Part shown: positions 39,366-54,689 of the stretch, piece by piece | Layout of the letters: each line of letters opens with the position of its first letter | How positions within the stretch are numbered: the stretch's first letter is position 1 | NCBI GenBank assembly: GCA_951406725.2 | Contig: OX597820.1 | Coordinates: 102,486,001 to 102,550,000 of the forward strand | Direction of reading: 5' to 3' | DNA from: Octopus vulgaris | Lineage: Eukaryota | DNA length: 64,000 nucleotides | Translations under genes and position numbers: made by a program | Notes under the pieces: model-generated | Told to the model about the DNA's origin: nothing | What the model saw: the letters and a program-made list of their open reading frames with translations, nothing else | Database searches by the model: none

Positions 39366-39872
39366 CACACTTCACACACGCATTTCAGAGCGAGAGATAA
39401 CTGTATTGACAGATTGAACACTGAGTTCAATGACATACAACAAATTGTTCGTGCGAGCGCGTGTGCATATATGTGAATGTGCGTGACAGACTGCTCTGCT
39501 GTCATTACCATACAAAACAAACTTTCATCTCTTCTTTTCCTATAAATATGCAATCATTTGATGACATTAATTCAAATTCTGTAATGATGTGGGGGTAAAT
39601 AAAACAACACAGACATACCATAAATGACGCACAAAGCAGAAAAAAATGTTTAGAAAAATATTATCAAACAGAAGAATCATGATAATTTTTCACTTTGAAG
39701 ATTAACTCTATTATTTTCCTTAAATAATGAAATTTAAATTACAAATATGTTTGTGCGTTTACGGTAAAGAGATATTTAATTGTATTAAGCGCTTTAGTCT
39801 ATTTTCATCGAAGATATTTTACAAAAATGGGGTCAAAATTCTTTATTTTTCGAAAATGCTGAAGATATCTCT

Positions 39873-40817
39873 GGAGCTGCCACATCAGCTACAAAACCAC
39901 CAAAGTTAGTTCGGGAGATCAATATAGTTGATTACACCAAGGCGATAGTTATTTCCTTTGGTGAAATGAAAGCAGGGCAACATTGGCATTGAACTTACAA
40001 TATAAGGGGATAGCATTAAATAACGCACTACATTCAATTCGGCGCTTTAGACTTTCTGAAACTCCACCATTGTAAATAATATTAACATCATTAGATCCTT
40101 CAACTTAAGAGTCATTAGTTATACGTATTATATTTCCCACATACCATGTATGTAAGATGTTCCTTTCTGTGCACTTTCTTGTCGCTGTGAATGAGCATAT
40201 GGGAATGAGCTATGTATTACTTCATATATATAAAGGTTCCACTTGGTTTGTTGAAATCTATTCTGCAAATCAGTAACTCTTCGCGTGGGACATCATCATA
40301 CTGTCCTTGGAATGCCTGGTCGTATAACTGGTGATACGCAGTAAATTTATTCCAGCATCTTGATAGACCCTTACAAGTTTGGAATTACAACCAGTACTGA
40401 CAAAAACCGAGTTCGTGACAAATGCCAACGGTGTCGTTTCAAGAGGCATCTCTGGACAAGGATGCACATTAGAGTTACAGTTGCAGTTCAAATGTCTGCG
40501 GGAAAATATTAATGCTAAAGTATGGAGGCCTGAAATCTTTGCAAGAATAACACACATTCACTGTGGGCATTTCGAAGCATTTCTTTCCAGGATACTGAAT
40601 TTTGTAAAGTCACTATTTACTTAATTGTGTATGTTGAATACTGGGATGTATTTTTTTTTTGCTTGTTTTTGTTGTAGATCTGAAAGAAAAAAACACTGGT
40701 ATCTTGTTCATATAGATAGATTCTTTGGATTAGAGGTTGGCTGATTGACTGATGTGGTATTGGAATAGAAAATAAATGTGTAGCCAACCCAACATAATAA
40801 ATCTATCTACACCCGCG

Positions 40818-40848
<31 letters not shown>

Positions 40849-41870
40849 TGATAGCGATTATACTGGATAAGTGCGCTGTAAAACAGAATGTGAGCGCTGA
40901 AATCTGAATGATACTTAGGAAGAATTTTGTTATGTTTTATTTGTAGATTAAACGTGAATGTCAACTTTCGGTAATATATAAATTAACTTATGATGGAATT
41001 AGCTAAAGTGAGGCTGAAAACGATAGGTTTATTCATAGAATTAAAGGCTTAGAAGTAAAATAAAACTTCTCCAGAATCAACAGATTGAATTCGAAATATC
41101 AATACAAGTTTTTTTTACGTTTGCATTTCATATATAAGTATTCCATTTTTACATACTTTTGATAACAGTTACTTTCTTTTTTATTCTTGTTATTATTGTT
41201 GATGTTATTCGTGCTTTCTCATGTTGTTGTAACCTTTTAATCGCTGTTTGCACTTGGGAAATTTTGACGAGTGATAAATGGTTTTATTTGGATGCGTTTC
41301 GCTTGGTTAAATATATATCCTGCTTGTCAATCCTTTCTCCTTACTATGTTGATTGTAAAGTCTACATCTGTATTTGTTTGACAGTGTGTATTTTAAAAGG
41401 TAGATATTGTTAGATGGAATTCAGTATTTATTTTGCTTCTTTAAGAACATATAGAATTACAAGAAACGAAAACGTATTGATGTTGCTTTAAGCATTAAAA
41501 GTAATGAGCTGCCACATTAGCTACAAAACCACCAAAGTTCGGGAGATCAATATAATCGATTACATCAAGTCGATAGTTATTTCCTTAATTTTGGTGGGAT
41601 AAAAACCGGCAACATTTATATTGAACTTGCGATATAGGGGGATAGCATTAAATAAGGCAATACATTCAGATTGGGGCTTTAGAATTTCTGAAACACTAAT
41701 ATTGTAAATAATACTAACTTGATCAGATTCTTCAACTTGGAAATCATTAGTAATACGTTTTATATTTCCCACATACTATGTATTCAAGTTGTTTCTATCT
41801 ATGTAAGTGCAATGTCGATTTTTGCCGATGCTTAAATTGTCCGTTGGAATGAGGCCATTGCATTGTTCAT
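39873..41870. repeat. Diverged direct repeat pair (39873-40225 and 41507-41870)
   Basis: Both copies start gagctgccacatYagctacaaaaccaccaaagtt and share tatatttcccacatac. Confidence 0.85.
40260..40600 (+). pseudogene. Degraded RTE-clade RT fragment
   Basis: FAWDII..., KTEFVTNANG..., QFKCL..., RPEIFARI resemble RTE FADDI..KTKLMTN..FKYLG..KPEVLSRI. Confidence 0.6.
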
Positions 41871-41882
41871 ATTTATGGTATT

Positions 41883-42215
41883 GAAGGCGGGGAGCTGGCA
41901 GAAACGTTAGCACGCCGGGCGAAATGCTTAGCAGTATTTTGTCTGCCGTTACGTTCTGAGTTCAAATTCCGCCGACGTCGACTTTGCCTCTCATCCTTTC
42001 GGGGTCGATAAATTAAGTAGTTATGCACTGGGGTCGATATAATCGACTTAATCCGTTTGTCTGTCCTTGTTTGTCCTCTCTGTGTTTAGCCCCTTGTGGG
42101 TAATAAAGAAATATAAATAGGTATTTCGTCTGCCGTTACGTTCTGAGTTCAAATTCCGCCGAGATCGACTTTGCCTTTCATCCTTTCGGGTCGATTAATT
42201 AAGTACCAGTTACGC
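41883..42215 (+). mobile_element. SINE family B with Tx1-type tail, followed by a second partial unit
   Basis: aaggcggggagctggcagaaacgttagcacgccgggcg head, tail at 42070-42113, restart at ggtatttcgtc. Confidence 0.9.
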
Positions 42216-43149
42216 AGAGTCGGCTCTGAAACATACTGGAAACCAAGGAGGTGTTCCGTAATATGCAGATGTTCAGTGAGCAGAGCAGCTGTAGGCAGTT
42301 GTCAGGCGATCCAATAAGTACATAGACAGTGATGGTTTGATATGAGCTAAGAAAGTGATAAAGGCTGTTTGTAGTGTCTGTATGCCGATCAGGAACACGC
42401 AGAGATGTTATTAGTTGTAAAGACTTGAGAATAGTAAAACAAATGAACCAGACACACTTGATGCACAGGGTTCAATATCTTGAAATGACTGGTGTGTAGC
42501 ATTTCAACAACCTGCATCTTGTACAATTCATATTTGTCTTTCTTTTCCCAATATATTTTGTTTTAATATTTTCACACTTCGCATTCGTCATCGTAGATCT
42601 TCTTCACTATTCTTTCTTCGCCAAGAGCCTCCTCTCTTTTATTCTGTTTCAATATTAATTTATTTCTTTTGTAACTTTCTTTTTCCTCACGTTTATTTCT
42701 TTTATAATTTTTTCTTCTTGTTTTGTTTCCCCAAACTTATTCTTTATTGCAATAGTTGGTCATTTTGTTTATATTTTTTTTATTATTTCACAATTTTTCT
42801 TCTATTTTCATTTGACTATTTCTATTATTTTATTTGTATTTGTTTTGCTCATTCCTTATTTCGATAATTTCTTTTCTACATTGCTTTCAATTGTTTTGGA
42901 CAAGTGTTTTCTTTTCTCTCTCTTTGTTTATCATTTCTACTATTTTCAGTTTATTTTCCGTATGTTCTCCGTTCAAACTGCCTAACATTATAATAATTTC
43001 TCTTCACATGTTTTCCTCTTAAGTTTCTTTGTTCCTCGATATATTAATTCTATTATATTGTGAATTAAAGAATTATTGAGACGAATTTCGTGGAGGTACA
43101 TAATGTTTTATGATTATTGTTGCTGTTGTAGAGTCACCTGTTTTGTTTG

Positions 43150-43178
43150 CAATAATAATAATAATAATAATAATAATT

Positions 43179-43209
<31 letters not shown>

Positions 43210-43420
43210 CGACAAAATAATAATAATAATAATAATAATAATAACGACAAAATAATAATAATAATAATAATACTAACATAATAATAATAATAATAGCAAC
43301 AGCAATAATAATAATAATAACAACAACAATAATAATAATGATAATAATAAAAATCTCCATCATCATCATCATCATCATCATCATTATCATCCTCATCATC
43401 ATCATCATTTTCATCATCAT
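43150..43420. repeat. Compound (AAT)n/(CAT)n microsatellite
   Basis: Direct reading. Confidence 0.95.
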
Positions 43421-44791
43421 GCTTTTGTATTAATTTTACGTCCAGCAATTGTACACGTTTTAGTTTCTATTTTTCATTATTGCTGTTTGTAATCGTGAGT
43501 ATTTTTATTTAATTTATTCTCCGTTTCTAATCTAAGATGTCATATCACCACAAGACATTTCTTTAAATGTCCATGATAATTTAATTTTAATTGTAAAGTT
43601 AAATTTATTTTTATATTATTCTAACATATATATATATATATATATATATTTAGAGAGAGAGAGGGGCGAGGGAGAGAGAGAAAGTGTGTTAGATATATAG
43701 AGTAGTTAATAAATTGTCACTGGTTGTTAAGTAATTCAGTCTATTTGTTGCAATAATGAATGAGGTTAACTATTAACCTGAATAATTTCTACTCTATGCG
43801 CTCGTTTATTACGTTATATTTTCATATGTTTATCCTTGTTCGACGAGATTGGGCAATGATCACGGCTTTTGCATGGCGTAGCCATACATTATACAGATAT
43901 AATGAGATAATTATACACACACACACTGACACATATATCGGTAAATGATATCAGGAATTGCATAAACCATTATCTAACAAGCATTTCGCAGTTTCCCACA
44001 GCTACTGGAGATTATTTACTTGAAGCAAGCTAAATTACTGAATAACAATAGCAACCAAATATAACCAACGAAGGAAGGTTGCTCAAATCGAAACAAAACT
44101 AATCCTAAATCCCTGTTCAGCTATGTAATGTGCAGTAGATAATGACATACTACAATCAGCCCCCTCACCAGAAACGTCAAAAATAGAAACGTATTCAAAT
44201 TATTTTCTTGTATTTCTGCATTGAAAGACTGCATTACAGCACTCATCACAACAAAAATCCTAGAAAGTTACCAACGGTATACAATCAATGTAAAATCTGT
44301 GAATCTAGAAGTCTGAAAAACTTTTTATTTTTAGAAACTTCAATAATTTAGCTCATTATTCGCATATCAAGTTCAGAGATCTTCAATAAGTACAGGCATT
44401 TCAGTAAGTCTCTTCTAATACTCTTCCAAATCATGTGACCGTCAAACTAAATGGATTTACCACATAAAGATACTTCATGAAAATATATTTATTCCTTCAC
44501 TCCTTAGTTTAAATTGTAACTTTTCCACTATTTAATCACGTTTATATTCGAAGCGGAAGGAAACAATTAACTTAAAGCCGAAAAGATATGATAAAAGATA
44601 CACATATACACATTATTCAAAAGATCCTACCAATACAATTTAAAATAAAATTAATATATCTTCACACACTTATAAATGTATAATTTGTTTATATTTATAA
44701 AAATATCAAGGTAGCATGCTCTGTAAATCGGACTGTTAATTTTTATAATGTCACGCATGCACACATATGTGTGTTTCTATGCATATGTACA

Positions 44792-44848
<57 letters not shown>

Positions 44849-44886
44849 CAAAGTAAAGTTGTAAGATACCTCACGAATGGAAATAT

Positions 44887-45344
<458 letters not shown>

Positions 45345-45608
45345 GGATGCATACAAACTCACAGATATGACGATATATATGTGTGCATATGTATTTTTAT
45401 ACTCATTCCAATTCATGCGATGGGTAAATCCTTCACCTTCGCTAGATTATAATTATTCTATTGAGTGTATATCCAAGACAATTACAATGAGTACTGCAAT
45501 CAGTACAACTGTGTATTTTTTAAATTTCTACAGTGAAACCAAATATGCTGTATAACTGACTGTATATATAGAAAATCTGCAGATGTACTAATTTCCATAT
45601 TCATTGCC

Positions 45609-45787
<179 letters not shown>

Positions 45788-45803
45788 CTTTCATATTCAT
45801 TGT

Positions 45804-45840
<37 letters not shown>

Positions 45841-46789
45841 GTAATACTTTGGACTAGTGGATGTATATCAATTAGTGTGTTGAATAAAGCACGTTCACAG
45901 TTTGAGCTACCAGGTGTCATCCACGGTTGGGATATATTTTCGTTGGATCTACTTCAGTGTTAGCTGGTACAGCAGGAAAACACCAACATGACTGCGAGAA
46001 CTCAATATCTTTAGCCAGACGCTACTTTATGTATTCATGTACATGATGTAACCTAGACTTCACTGATCGTTGCCACAAAGTTGGATGCACAACATCCCAC
46101 CCATACAGAACTGTCACAGGGGATGTGGTGGGGCGAAACGATCGTTGTACTGAATAAAGAATAATGCCAAATCCATCTTCCACTTCATTTTTGCTATTAC
46201 ATACATGTTCATGCGTACGTTTGTAGCGTGTATCTGTGTGTATATGCGCATACGAAAATGTTATGTATATGTACGTAATCATATGACAAGAGCATGGAAA
46301 TGAAATATCGAATGAATGAAATGGGACCAAAATTCAAAGAGATGTGAAAAATAATCATAGATTACAATGAATAAAATGAAAGAATGATTGATAATATAAA
46401 ATAAAGAAAAAATGTAAAAAAGTGAGAAAATATATATAAATTGCATGAGAAAAGGGAAAAAATTCGAAAGGGAAGAATATTAAAGAAAGAAGGGAAAGAA
46501 ATGTAGAGCGTAAAAAGACTATAATCGGAATAGATAAATGAAAACAAAGAGAAATGGGTTTCGTATCGCTTTATTTGAAGATTTCATTTATTTTTAGTAT
46601 TATTTGTATTTGCATAAAAATATGTCTATGATTATTCGCAAGCAATACATATATCTATCAAGTCACCCCCGCCTTGCAGTACTGGTAAACAGGTGTTTTA
46701 TTGTAATTAACATTGGTAGATAAATAAAGGCATCATCAAGTTTTAATGAATACCAGCTATCGATTAACTCGGCTGTTTTTAAAAATATA

Positions 46790-47250
46790 CATAGGTGCAG
46801 GCGTGGCTGGTGGGGTTAAAGGGATTGTTTCTCAACAATGTACCCTTGGGCTTAGTCACACTGTGCGGCATCTTCGTCGAGAGCCTTCTACTATTGTCCC
46901 GCGCCAACCCAAACCTTGTAAATGGGTTTGATAGACGGAATCTGGAAATACTCAGCCGTGCGCGCACGTGTATGTGTATGTGCGTGTGTGTGAGTGTATA
47001 AATCTGTATCTATGTGTGTGTGTTTGTGTTGGTATTGTATTTAGATTGGTATAGTATTTGTTTATTGTATTTGTTCCCCTCCCGCTTGACAACCGGTGCT
47101 GGTTTGTTTACGTCTATGAAACTTAGCGATTCGGTCAAAGAGACCAGTAAAATAAGTGCGAGATTTAGAAAATAAGTATTGTCGAATAGATTTATTCGAC
47201 TGAACCCCAGCATTGCCTCTGTCCAAAGACTGATGCAAAAGATAAAGATT
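46790..47250 (+). mobile_element. SINE family A, degenerate full length
   Basis: ggtgcaggcgtggctg head; cgcttgacaaccggtgctgg tail. Confidence 0.8.
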
Positions 47251-47414
47251 TAAATGATTATTTAAGCAAAATCTCTAAAGGAAAAATAAAAGTAACTAAA
47301 ATTCTAAAGCGATTTGTGTCATGCATATTCGGCACTTGTGACGAAATATCGCTGTTCTCGGATCCTGTGAATGATACAAACATCCATGGCATTCGTAACT
47401 CGTAACTCTTATAT

Positions 47415-47620
47415 TGGTTTCAAATTTTTGGCACAAGGACAGTAATATGATGAGTTGCATTGACCGACCTCAGTGCTCAATCGGTACTTATTTTTTTTTT
47501 ACTCTAAAAAGATAACAGGCAAAGTCGGCATCTACGAAACTTGAACTCAGAACGTAGAGACGCACGAAATACCGGTAGGTATTTTTCCGGCGTACTAGCG
47601 ATTCTGCTAGCTTGCTACCC
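47415..47620 (-). mobile_element. SINE family B copy
   Basis: ggtttcaaatttttggcacaagg...ttgaactcagaacgta...gattctgctagct. Confidence 0.75.
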
Positions 47621-48104
47621 TATTAACTCTTATATTAACGGTTATGGTTTTTAACCAAACATGTAGCATTGTTTTATAGTACCTCTATCACTAATAAAGT
47701 TTGAAGCGCTCTCTTCGATAACAGAGCTTATTTGCATTCGCAAACTGGTGAGTAATCTTTCAATGAACATTTGCTCTGCTGTCTTCTGTCTAGACATTAC
47801 CGAAGTTATTACTAAAATTAGTTTCCACAACTTTAGTATCTTGGTTCAGGAAAAAAATCGCGTGGGACACTGGTAAGCCTATAATCCTTATCCATTCCAA
47901 ATGCAAATAGATGTCAGTTGAAAGTTAAATTGAATTCAGATTATAGAATCCTTGAATGAGCCTGTCTCGATAACTACAATATCTGTGTCAACGTTACGCT
48001 ATTGAATAGTAATTTTTCTCTTACTCAACAGTATATACATGTATTAATATACACATATAGCTGCACGTATGTACATCTGTATACTTGCGTGCGTGTATGT
48101 ATGC

Positions 48105-48137
<33 letters not shown>

Positions 48138-48525
48138 TGTATGTATGTATGTATGTATGTATGTATGCATGTATATATATATATATATATATGAATTAGG
48201 GGGGCTGCAATCGCTTATATTATTGATTCTAATATTATAATTTTTAAATTGTTACACTAGATAATAACAGAGTCAATGGTATCTTCGCAAATTATTTTTT
48301 CGCGAATTATTTGCTCCGTATATATATATATATATATATATAACTACAAAATTAGAGAATGGAGAAACATACTTAAATCAGTAAAACATCAACTATCCGA
48401 TGATACTCAATCCGTACTTTAATACACCATTACATATGAGTAAAGGCAATATATAAAATGAAATGAGATATACAGTAATAGTAAAAAGATAAAGAGATAT
48501 AAGTAAAAAATTTCAAATATAATAT

Positions 48526-48665
48526 ACAAATAAATCAAAACTGACAGCTGTTTCGGCAGTGAGGACAGTCATACCTCATTTAACCTATAAGCCATAAAGG
48601 CAGGTATAAATGAGGCATTAACAAGGATGCCCCACGGCCTCTTCAGAGAATTAAATTAAATTTGT
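48526..48665 (-). ncRNA. Type I hammerhead ribozyme with long stem II
   Basis: Minus strand reads ct-CTGAAGA-ggc...gcc-GAAA-cagctg-TC-ag. Stem II contains atgcctcattta/taaatgaggtat; distal stem I is acaaat/atttgt. Confidence 0.78.
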
Positions 48666-48989
48666 TATAATAGTGAAAAATATTATATAATCATATACAT
48701 ATAAATATAAAAATATAAAAATGTAAAATATAAAAACTTATACATCATAATGCTACACTTATATAATATAATACACATTTGTACAAAAAGGAAGGTAAAC
48801 AGAACAAAATAAAACAAAATATATAACAGTGTATATATTAATATTAATAAGTACCGATATTATACATATTTGGCTAATAGTTTTTTTTATAAAAAAAAAA
48901 GGCTAACACATATGGAGATGAAAAATAATAATTAAATCCGTGGTACAGTTCATAAAATTCTAAAGCTATAAAAGTTAATAAAAATTACT

Positions 48990-49056
<67 letters not shown>

Positions 49057-49299
49057 TAATAAAAATAGATACAGTTAAGTTAGCACCAAGTCCATCCTTT
49101 CAAGATCGAAATAACTATGAGTTAAGAAATGCTGACCACTAGGTAAAATATATATATACATATATATATAAATATATTTAAGTCACAATATTTGATTTCA
49201 AGTAATCCAGTAGTACTCATGAAAATAGCTCCTTAATGTATTATTCTACAAACCGTAAACAATATATTGTAATATATAAGGGATAAGGATAAGGTGTGT

Positions 49300-49707
49300 A
49301 TAAATGACAGAGAAATATTTTGATGAACTTTTATTTAGCAAAAAGAAAAACCCTATTACCACGACAAATATTTACGTAACTAAAAAACATGCAAATAATT
49401 TATATTATCATATTTAATAATAAATAAATTACTTACAGGATGGTTGTATACTGTCAATCTAACAAGAACGTGACAGTAGGGGGTACACCACCGCTGTATA
49501 GCCCTAGGAAGCATCGAACGCCTTAATGTAAAATGCAAAAAATTAATTGAAAATGGGTAAAATTTGAGCCAGATGTAAGTAATTTATTTATTAAATATTA
49601 TAATATAAATAATTCACGTACGTGTTCTTGAGTTACGAAGCAACCTGTGATATTAAGATTTTTTATTGTTAAATAAAAGTTCATCAAAATATTTAGCTGT
49701 CATTTAT
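49300..49707. mobile_element. Foldback element (arms 49300-49437 and 49574-49707)
   Basis: ataaatgacag..aaatattttgatgaacttttattta...aaattacttaca versus tgtaagtaattt...taaataaaagttcatcaaaatattt..ctgtcatttat. Confidence 0.85.
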
Positions 49708-49712
49708 GATTT

Positions 49713-49863
<151 letters not shown>

Positions 49864-50331
49864 TTCAAGTATCACTTGAAAAGGAAAGTGAGAGTAGAGA
49901 GGTAAGTGTTGTCTAGTGAATGTTTTAGAAAAAGATGGGTGAATGTAGCGAGGATGGCACGTATGAATGACGAAGCCACCTTGAGTATGATCCTATGAAC
50001 GGTAAAAATTTAATACAGAGAGTTACTTATTTGTAAAAACATATAACATGTGACTTCATTGACCGAGGTTACCGTGGTATTTTCCGTAGGCTTTTCATTC
50101 CACGGGTAAACCTCAGCTGTCTTCCCCTTTACACTCTATATTGACATTTCTGTGATAACGATCCCTATTGATCGATTTTCTCTTTTTTCTTTTTTTTTGC
50201 TTTCATCTTTCTTTCATTTTACGATAGGGTTTTGATCGAAACCCACCCCTCTTTTTTATCCCCCAAAAGAAAAGCTCTACCTTGTAATTTGTCCCGTCTG
50301 TGTGCAGCCCTGTGTGGCTAATAAAGAAACA
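49864..50331 (+). mobile_element. Tx1-clade LINE 3' end (ORF2 C-terminus plus 3' UTR), 5'-truncated
   Basis: FKYHLKRKVRVER*VLSSECFRKRWVNVARM...SMIL*, then a UTR ending agccctgtgtggctaataaagaaaca. Related to 52115-53116. Confidence 0.7.
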
Positions 50332-51500
50332 TATCTAGCTATCTTCTTAATCGGTTAAGGAAAAGTTCTAACAATAGTCTGGTAGTTTGCTTTTGTTGTC
50401 TGGCACTTTAATGCACATGCTTCTCATTCCTCTTCCTCGAGTAGACTCCTTGCAACAGTCTCACCTAACATCCAGCTTCATGGCACTTGAGCAGCTTCTT
50501 TCCCATTTTCGGTATAACTATATTGTCAACATACACGTAGCCTCGGGGGTGGCGCTGGTAATGGATAGGCAGTAAAAGATGACTGCACCATGCAGGACTT
50601 TACAATAGCACGTTTTGTTAAGTTGCTTACGATACTTCAAAATATCAAGCGTCGTATTTGCCAAATGAAGTTTGCCAACGACTGATATGGATGGAGGAAA
50701 AGAGTGGAAATTAAAAAGGACTGCATCTAATTCGTAAAGAATTCGAGCAAATCTGCTGCTACTTCTCGAAGTTCAAACAATGAATATTTAGAAGTTCCTC
50801 CATCGGTTTTTAACCATGTTTTGTGACACGGCGTATTACTTGCGATAGGATACAAATTACTATACATTTAAGTAGTTGTTAACAGCCCCCTTTTTTGAAC
50901 TCTCGCTTAAAACTAAAACAATCTAGAAATGAAAAAATGAAAAAGAATTGCTTGTGGAATCAAATAATCTAATGCAAAGTTTTGAATGGTTTCAGTTTTC
51001 TCATGTTCAGAGAGAATTATAAAGTTTAGGAGTTTATTTTCTATATTTCAGTATTTTAATATTTTCCCTATATTGTAATGTAAAATATTTCTTTCTGCCT
51101 CTAAGCTATAACCATTAATTCTATAGGAAGACTGGAAAATGAAAGCTGAAAAATGAAACAAAAGTTTAAAACTAAAAGTAACGTTAGAAACAAAGAATAT
51201 AAGGAATTAAGTGGGAAAAATTAAGAGAGTAAGTCAGGAGAGAAACGGCGGGAGGAGAGAGAGAGAAATTCTAAAGGAGAGAGAGAGAGGGGGAAGAAGG
51301 GAGAAAAAGAAAGAAAGGGAGAGGGATGAATACGAAGTAGGAGAGACAGGAATTGGGGCCTTGGTTAATTTTGTTTTTCTTTCTATTTCACAAACATTTT
51401 AAACTTGTATCTTATATAAAATTTGGTTTTTGATATTTCTCAGTTTTGTTATCTGAAAACAAGGCTTTTCTATATTAATAATACTTCAAGTTTTGCATCG

Positions 51501-51555
<55 letters not shown>

Positions 51556-51969
51556 TTTAATTATTGATTTCTTTGAAAAACTTGTATAACCAAGTGATTT
51601 CTCCTCACACTATATCATCAACGCTCCAGAACATTCATTTCTAAGTGTTATGCTGCTCCATTAAAGAGTAATTATTTGAATTTAATAACTTCTTTTGACG
51701 AAGCCAGAGGCCAACAATTTCGCCCCAAGGATTTTGAGCGAACTCTCAAACGAATTGATTGATCTTATCAGCATTTATATTTGGTTGATAGAGAGACAGA
51801 AATAGGTACTGTCGATCACCTCGTCCGGTTGTCTACTATTACTGATTGAAACCCATTTCATACATTTAATCGATGATAACTAAATTTGTGTACGGAATTC
51901 AATATTTGCACTGATTAATTGTTCTCATTGACCTGACATGAAAAAACGGAACGTTGTTTCCAGAATTGT

Positions 51970-52026
<57 letters not shown>

Positions 52027-52069
52027 CGCATGTATGTGCATGTATGTGTGTGCGCGCATATATGTATGA

Positions 52070-52114
<45 letters not shown>

Positions 52115-52116
<2 letters not shown>

Positions 52117-53116
52117 TGCGATATGATGCGCTGGACGCGCTACAACTAAATCAGGTAGGTTTCGGCTCTAATGTTAATTGCGCAAACTCCCGCCGTCGTT
52201 TGTGCAAAACACAGGTTGTCCCTGTCTGATGGTGGGCTATGACCTAATACAAAGTCCACTCAATATTAAGAGCCTAATTTGGAAATGACGTCGGTGGAAG
52301 TTTCACTGTTCTATAGTGGATAAGTGATGGGCAAGTACAACGACATCCTCGAGGAAACCCTGGGTATCGAGAAGATCAACTAGGTGATTCCTTTTCGGAG
52401 TACTTTCGGTTCAGGGTCTATCGATAATCTTCAGTAATACCTGGCCTTTCTACCAGCGCATTGTCGATTTATGGTAAACCCTACATGAATATAAAGTAAC
52501 ATCAGCCGCATCTACTCGAGATGCCCTCAGATCTACGAAGCCCTCTGTCATTCTTTTGTACTGCATTGCTGAGCTGTGGTCTTATCGAACAGCTGCTATC
52601 GCATGTTGGACGGATCAATTTATCAGTCGATTCCGTCGTAAGATAATCCAGCTGCTCTCGTTTGGACAAGAAAGGTAGAGAGTTTTCCTCTGCCTGTTGG
52701 AGATGGCTAAAAAAGATGTGTGGTCGAAGAGACTGAAAGGACTAAGCACAGACACCTTTTTCTTCAGCCAACTTCTCATAAAGTTCCACTTGGAAAGGAA
52801 GACTGTGAAGAGTAAGTGCTGACAACAACTCAGTTAATTTGGTGAAAAATAACGTAAGTCACGATAATGGCCCTAGTTTGTGGGCCTGCTCTGAATTTCT
52901 GCCTCTAGGCTAGTGAGTGCTAGTGGGAAAGGGACTGTGTTGTTTTTGACAGTCAAATTGATTCAGGATTGTTAGGGTGGGGGTCCTTGGTTGCTCTTGA
53001 ATGTGACTCCTCCTATTGTGGAATTCTGATCAATTTTCATGTTTTTGTTTTCTTCCCACTTTCCCTTATTTACATCCTATTTTCATGACTTTTCCATCCT
53101 CGTAGCTAGAAAAGAG
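52115..53116 (+). mobile_element. Older Tx1-clade LINE 3' fragment between (TA)n and (ATT)n
   Basis: Decayed zinc-finger region CPQ..E..H.F..IAELWSY, then CLLEMAK..VWSKRLKGL and KFHLERK, homologous to the 49864 fragment. Confidence 0.65.
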
Positions 53117-53276
<160 letters not shown>

Positions 53277-54579
53277 TCAAGGCAGCGACTGGGACTTTGA
53301 ATACTCTTGTGCTATATTCTAGCAATTTGATATTTGTTTAAAGGTAAGGCATTGTTATATAAAATATTGTTCTCCTTTTTATTCTGCTAAAATATAAGGT
53401 TTAACTAGCGAGAGGTGTAAAATGTTTCTGCTAATCATGTTCTTTATTTGTAGGATTATTGACTGAAATTCAACACATTGGTTAATCAGCTTATAATTTC
53501 ATTTGTTGTTTTAATCACTTTATTACGTAGCACTAATCTCCAGTAGTACTCGATAATTGTTTCTTCTTTCTTAGTATAATCTAAATTCTAAGTATAAGAA
53601 ACTGTCAAGCAGAAAGAAAGAAATACTTCTTAAAAACGTGGGAGTAATTTGTAAAAATAATTAAGACTTGACATTATACAATTAACAACAATATTCTTTA
53701 GCATGGATATAAACTGTCATCGAAAACAGTTCTCTATCTGGTCGATTCAGTGTCATATTTTCTAACCTCGTTTCCTATTCTTATGTTAATAAGAATTTCT
53801 CACAGATGAATTTTTTTAACAGCATATCTAATAGAATTACTTTGAATGAATTGTTTTGACAGCTGACATGATTAAACGGAAGTACGATCATTCTGTAAAT
53901 AAAGAACAGTACAATGAGAGCGTTTTTACCGCATACTAATATTAACATTAAGTTTAAGCCAAAGTCTTTATACGTAAATCAAGTATGGATCCAGTAGCAC
54001 TTTTTATGTATTACATATCTTCTAAATTCTTCGCTTACGAAGCACATTCAGAGCTAATACATTGTGTACTGATATATTCGCTCCCAGTAGGAGTTAGTTA
54101 GCGAACAATAAACACGATAGTTTAGTTAAACTCTTATACGTTTCTTTTTATTTCTTGTATTAGAAAAACTTCATGAAACAATTTCAATAGAAATTTACAT
54201 TTAAATGTGGTTGCGGGATAAAATGATACATGTCTGTATTGACGAACGGGAAAAATAAAAGGAAAACGAAACAAGATAAAAATATTTCAATACTGGAAAC
54301 ATATTTGTTTTTCAGATGATTAACTTTTAAATAAGCACTCAAGAAACTGTTTGCATGATTTTTCCATATCAATAGAACTGGAAACCGCTCATTGTCAAGC
54401 TGCTCGGTTGATTGCATAAAACTATTCTTCCCAAACGAAAGCAAAAGAAGAAAAAAAGCATTTCGGAGTTATTTTAGTATGGAAGCATCTGCCTTGGGGG
54501 CTGGTCTCTTGGCATGTTAGCGTCAGCGTTCTACGTTATACAAATATATGAAGAACGAGAATAGCGGAACGCCTTCAGA

Positions 54580-54629
54580 AATATGGTTTTCAAATTTTGG
54601 CTCAAACCCTTCAATTTCGTGTGTGTAGG

Positions 54630-54689
<60 letters not shown>

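Noticed and set aside
52395-52440. Minus-strand CTGAAGA...GAAAgtacTC
   Set aside because: Stems I and II do not pair, and it lies within a Tx1 coding relic.
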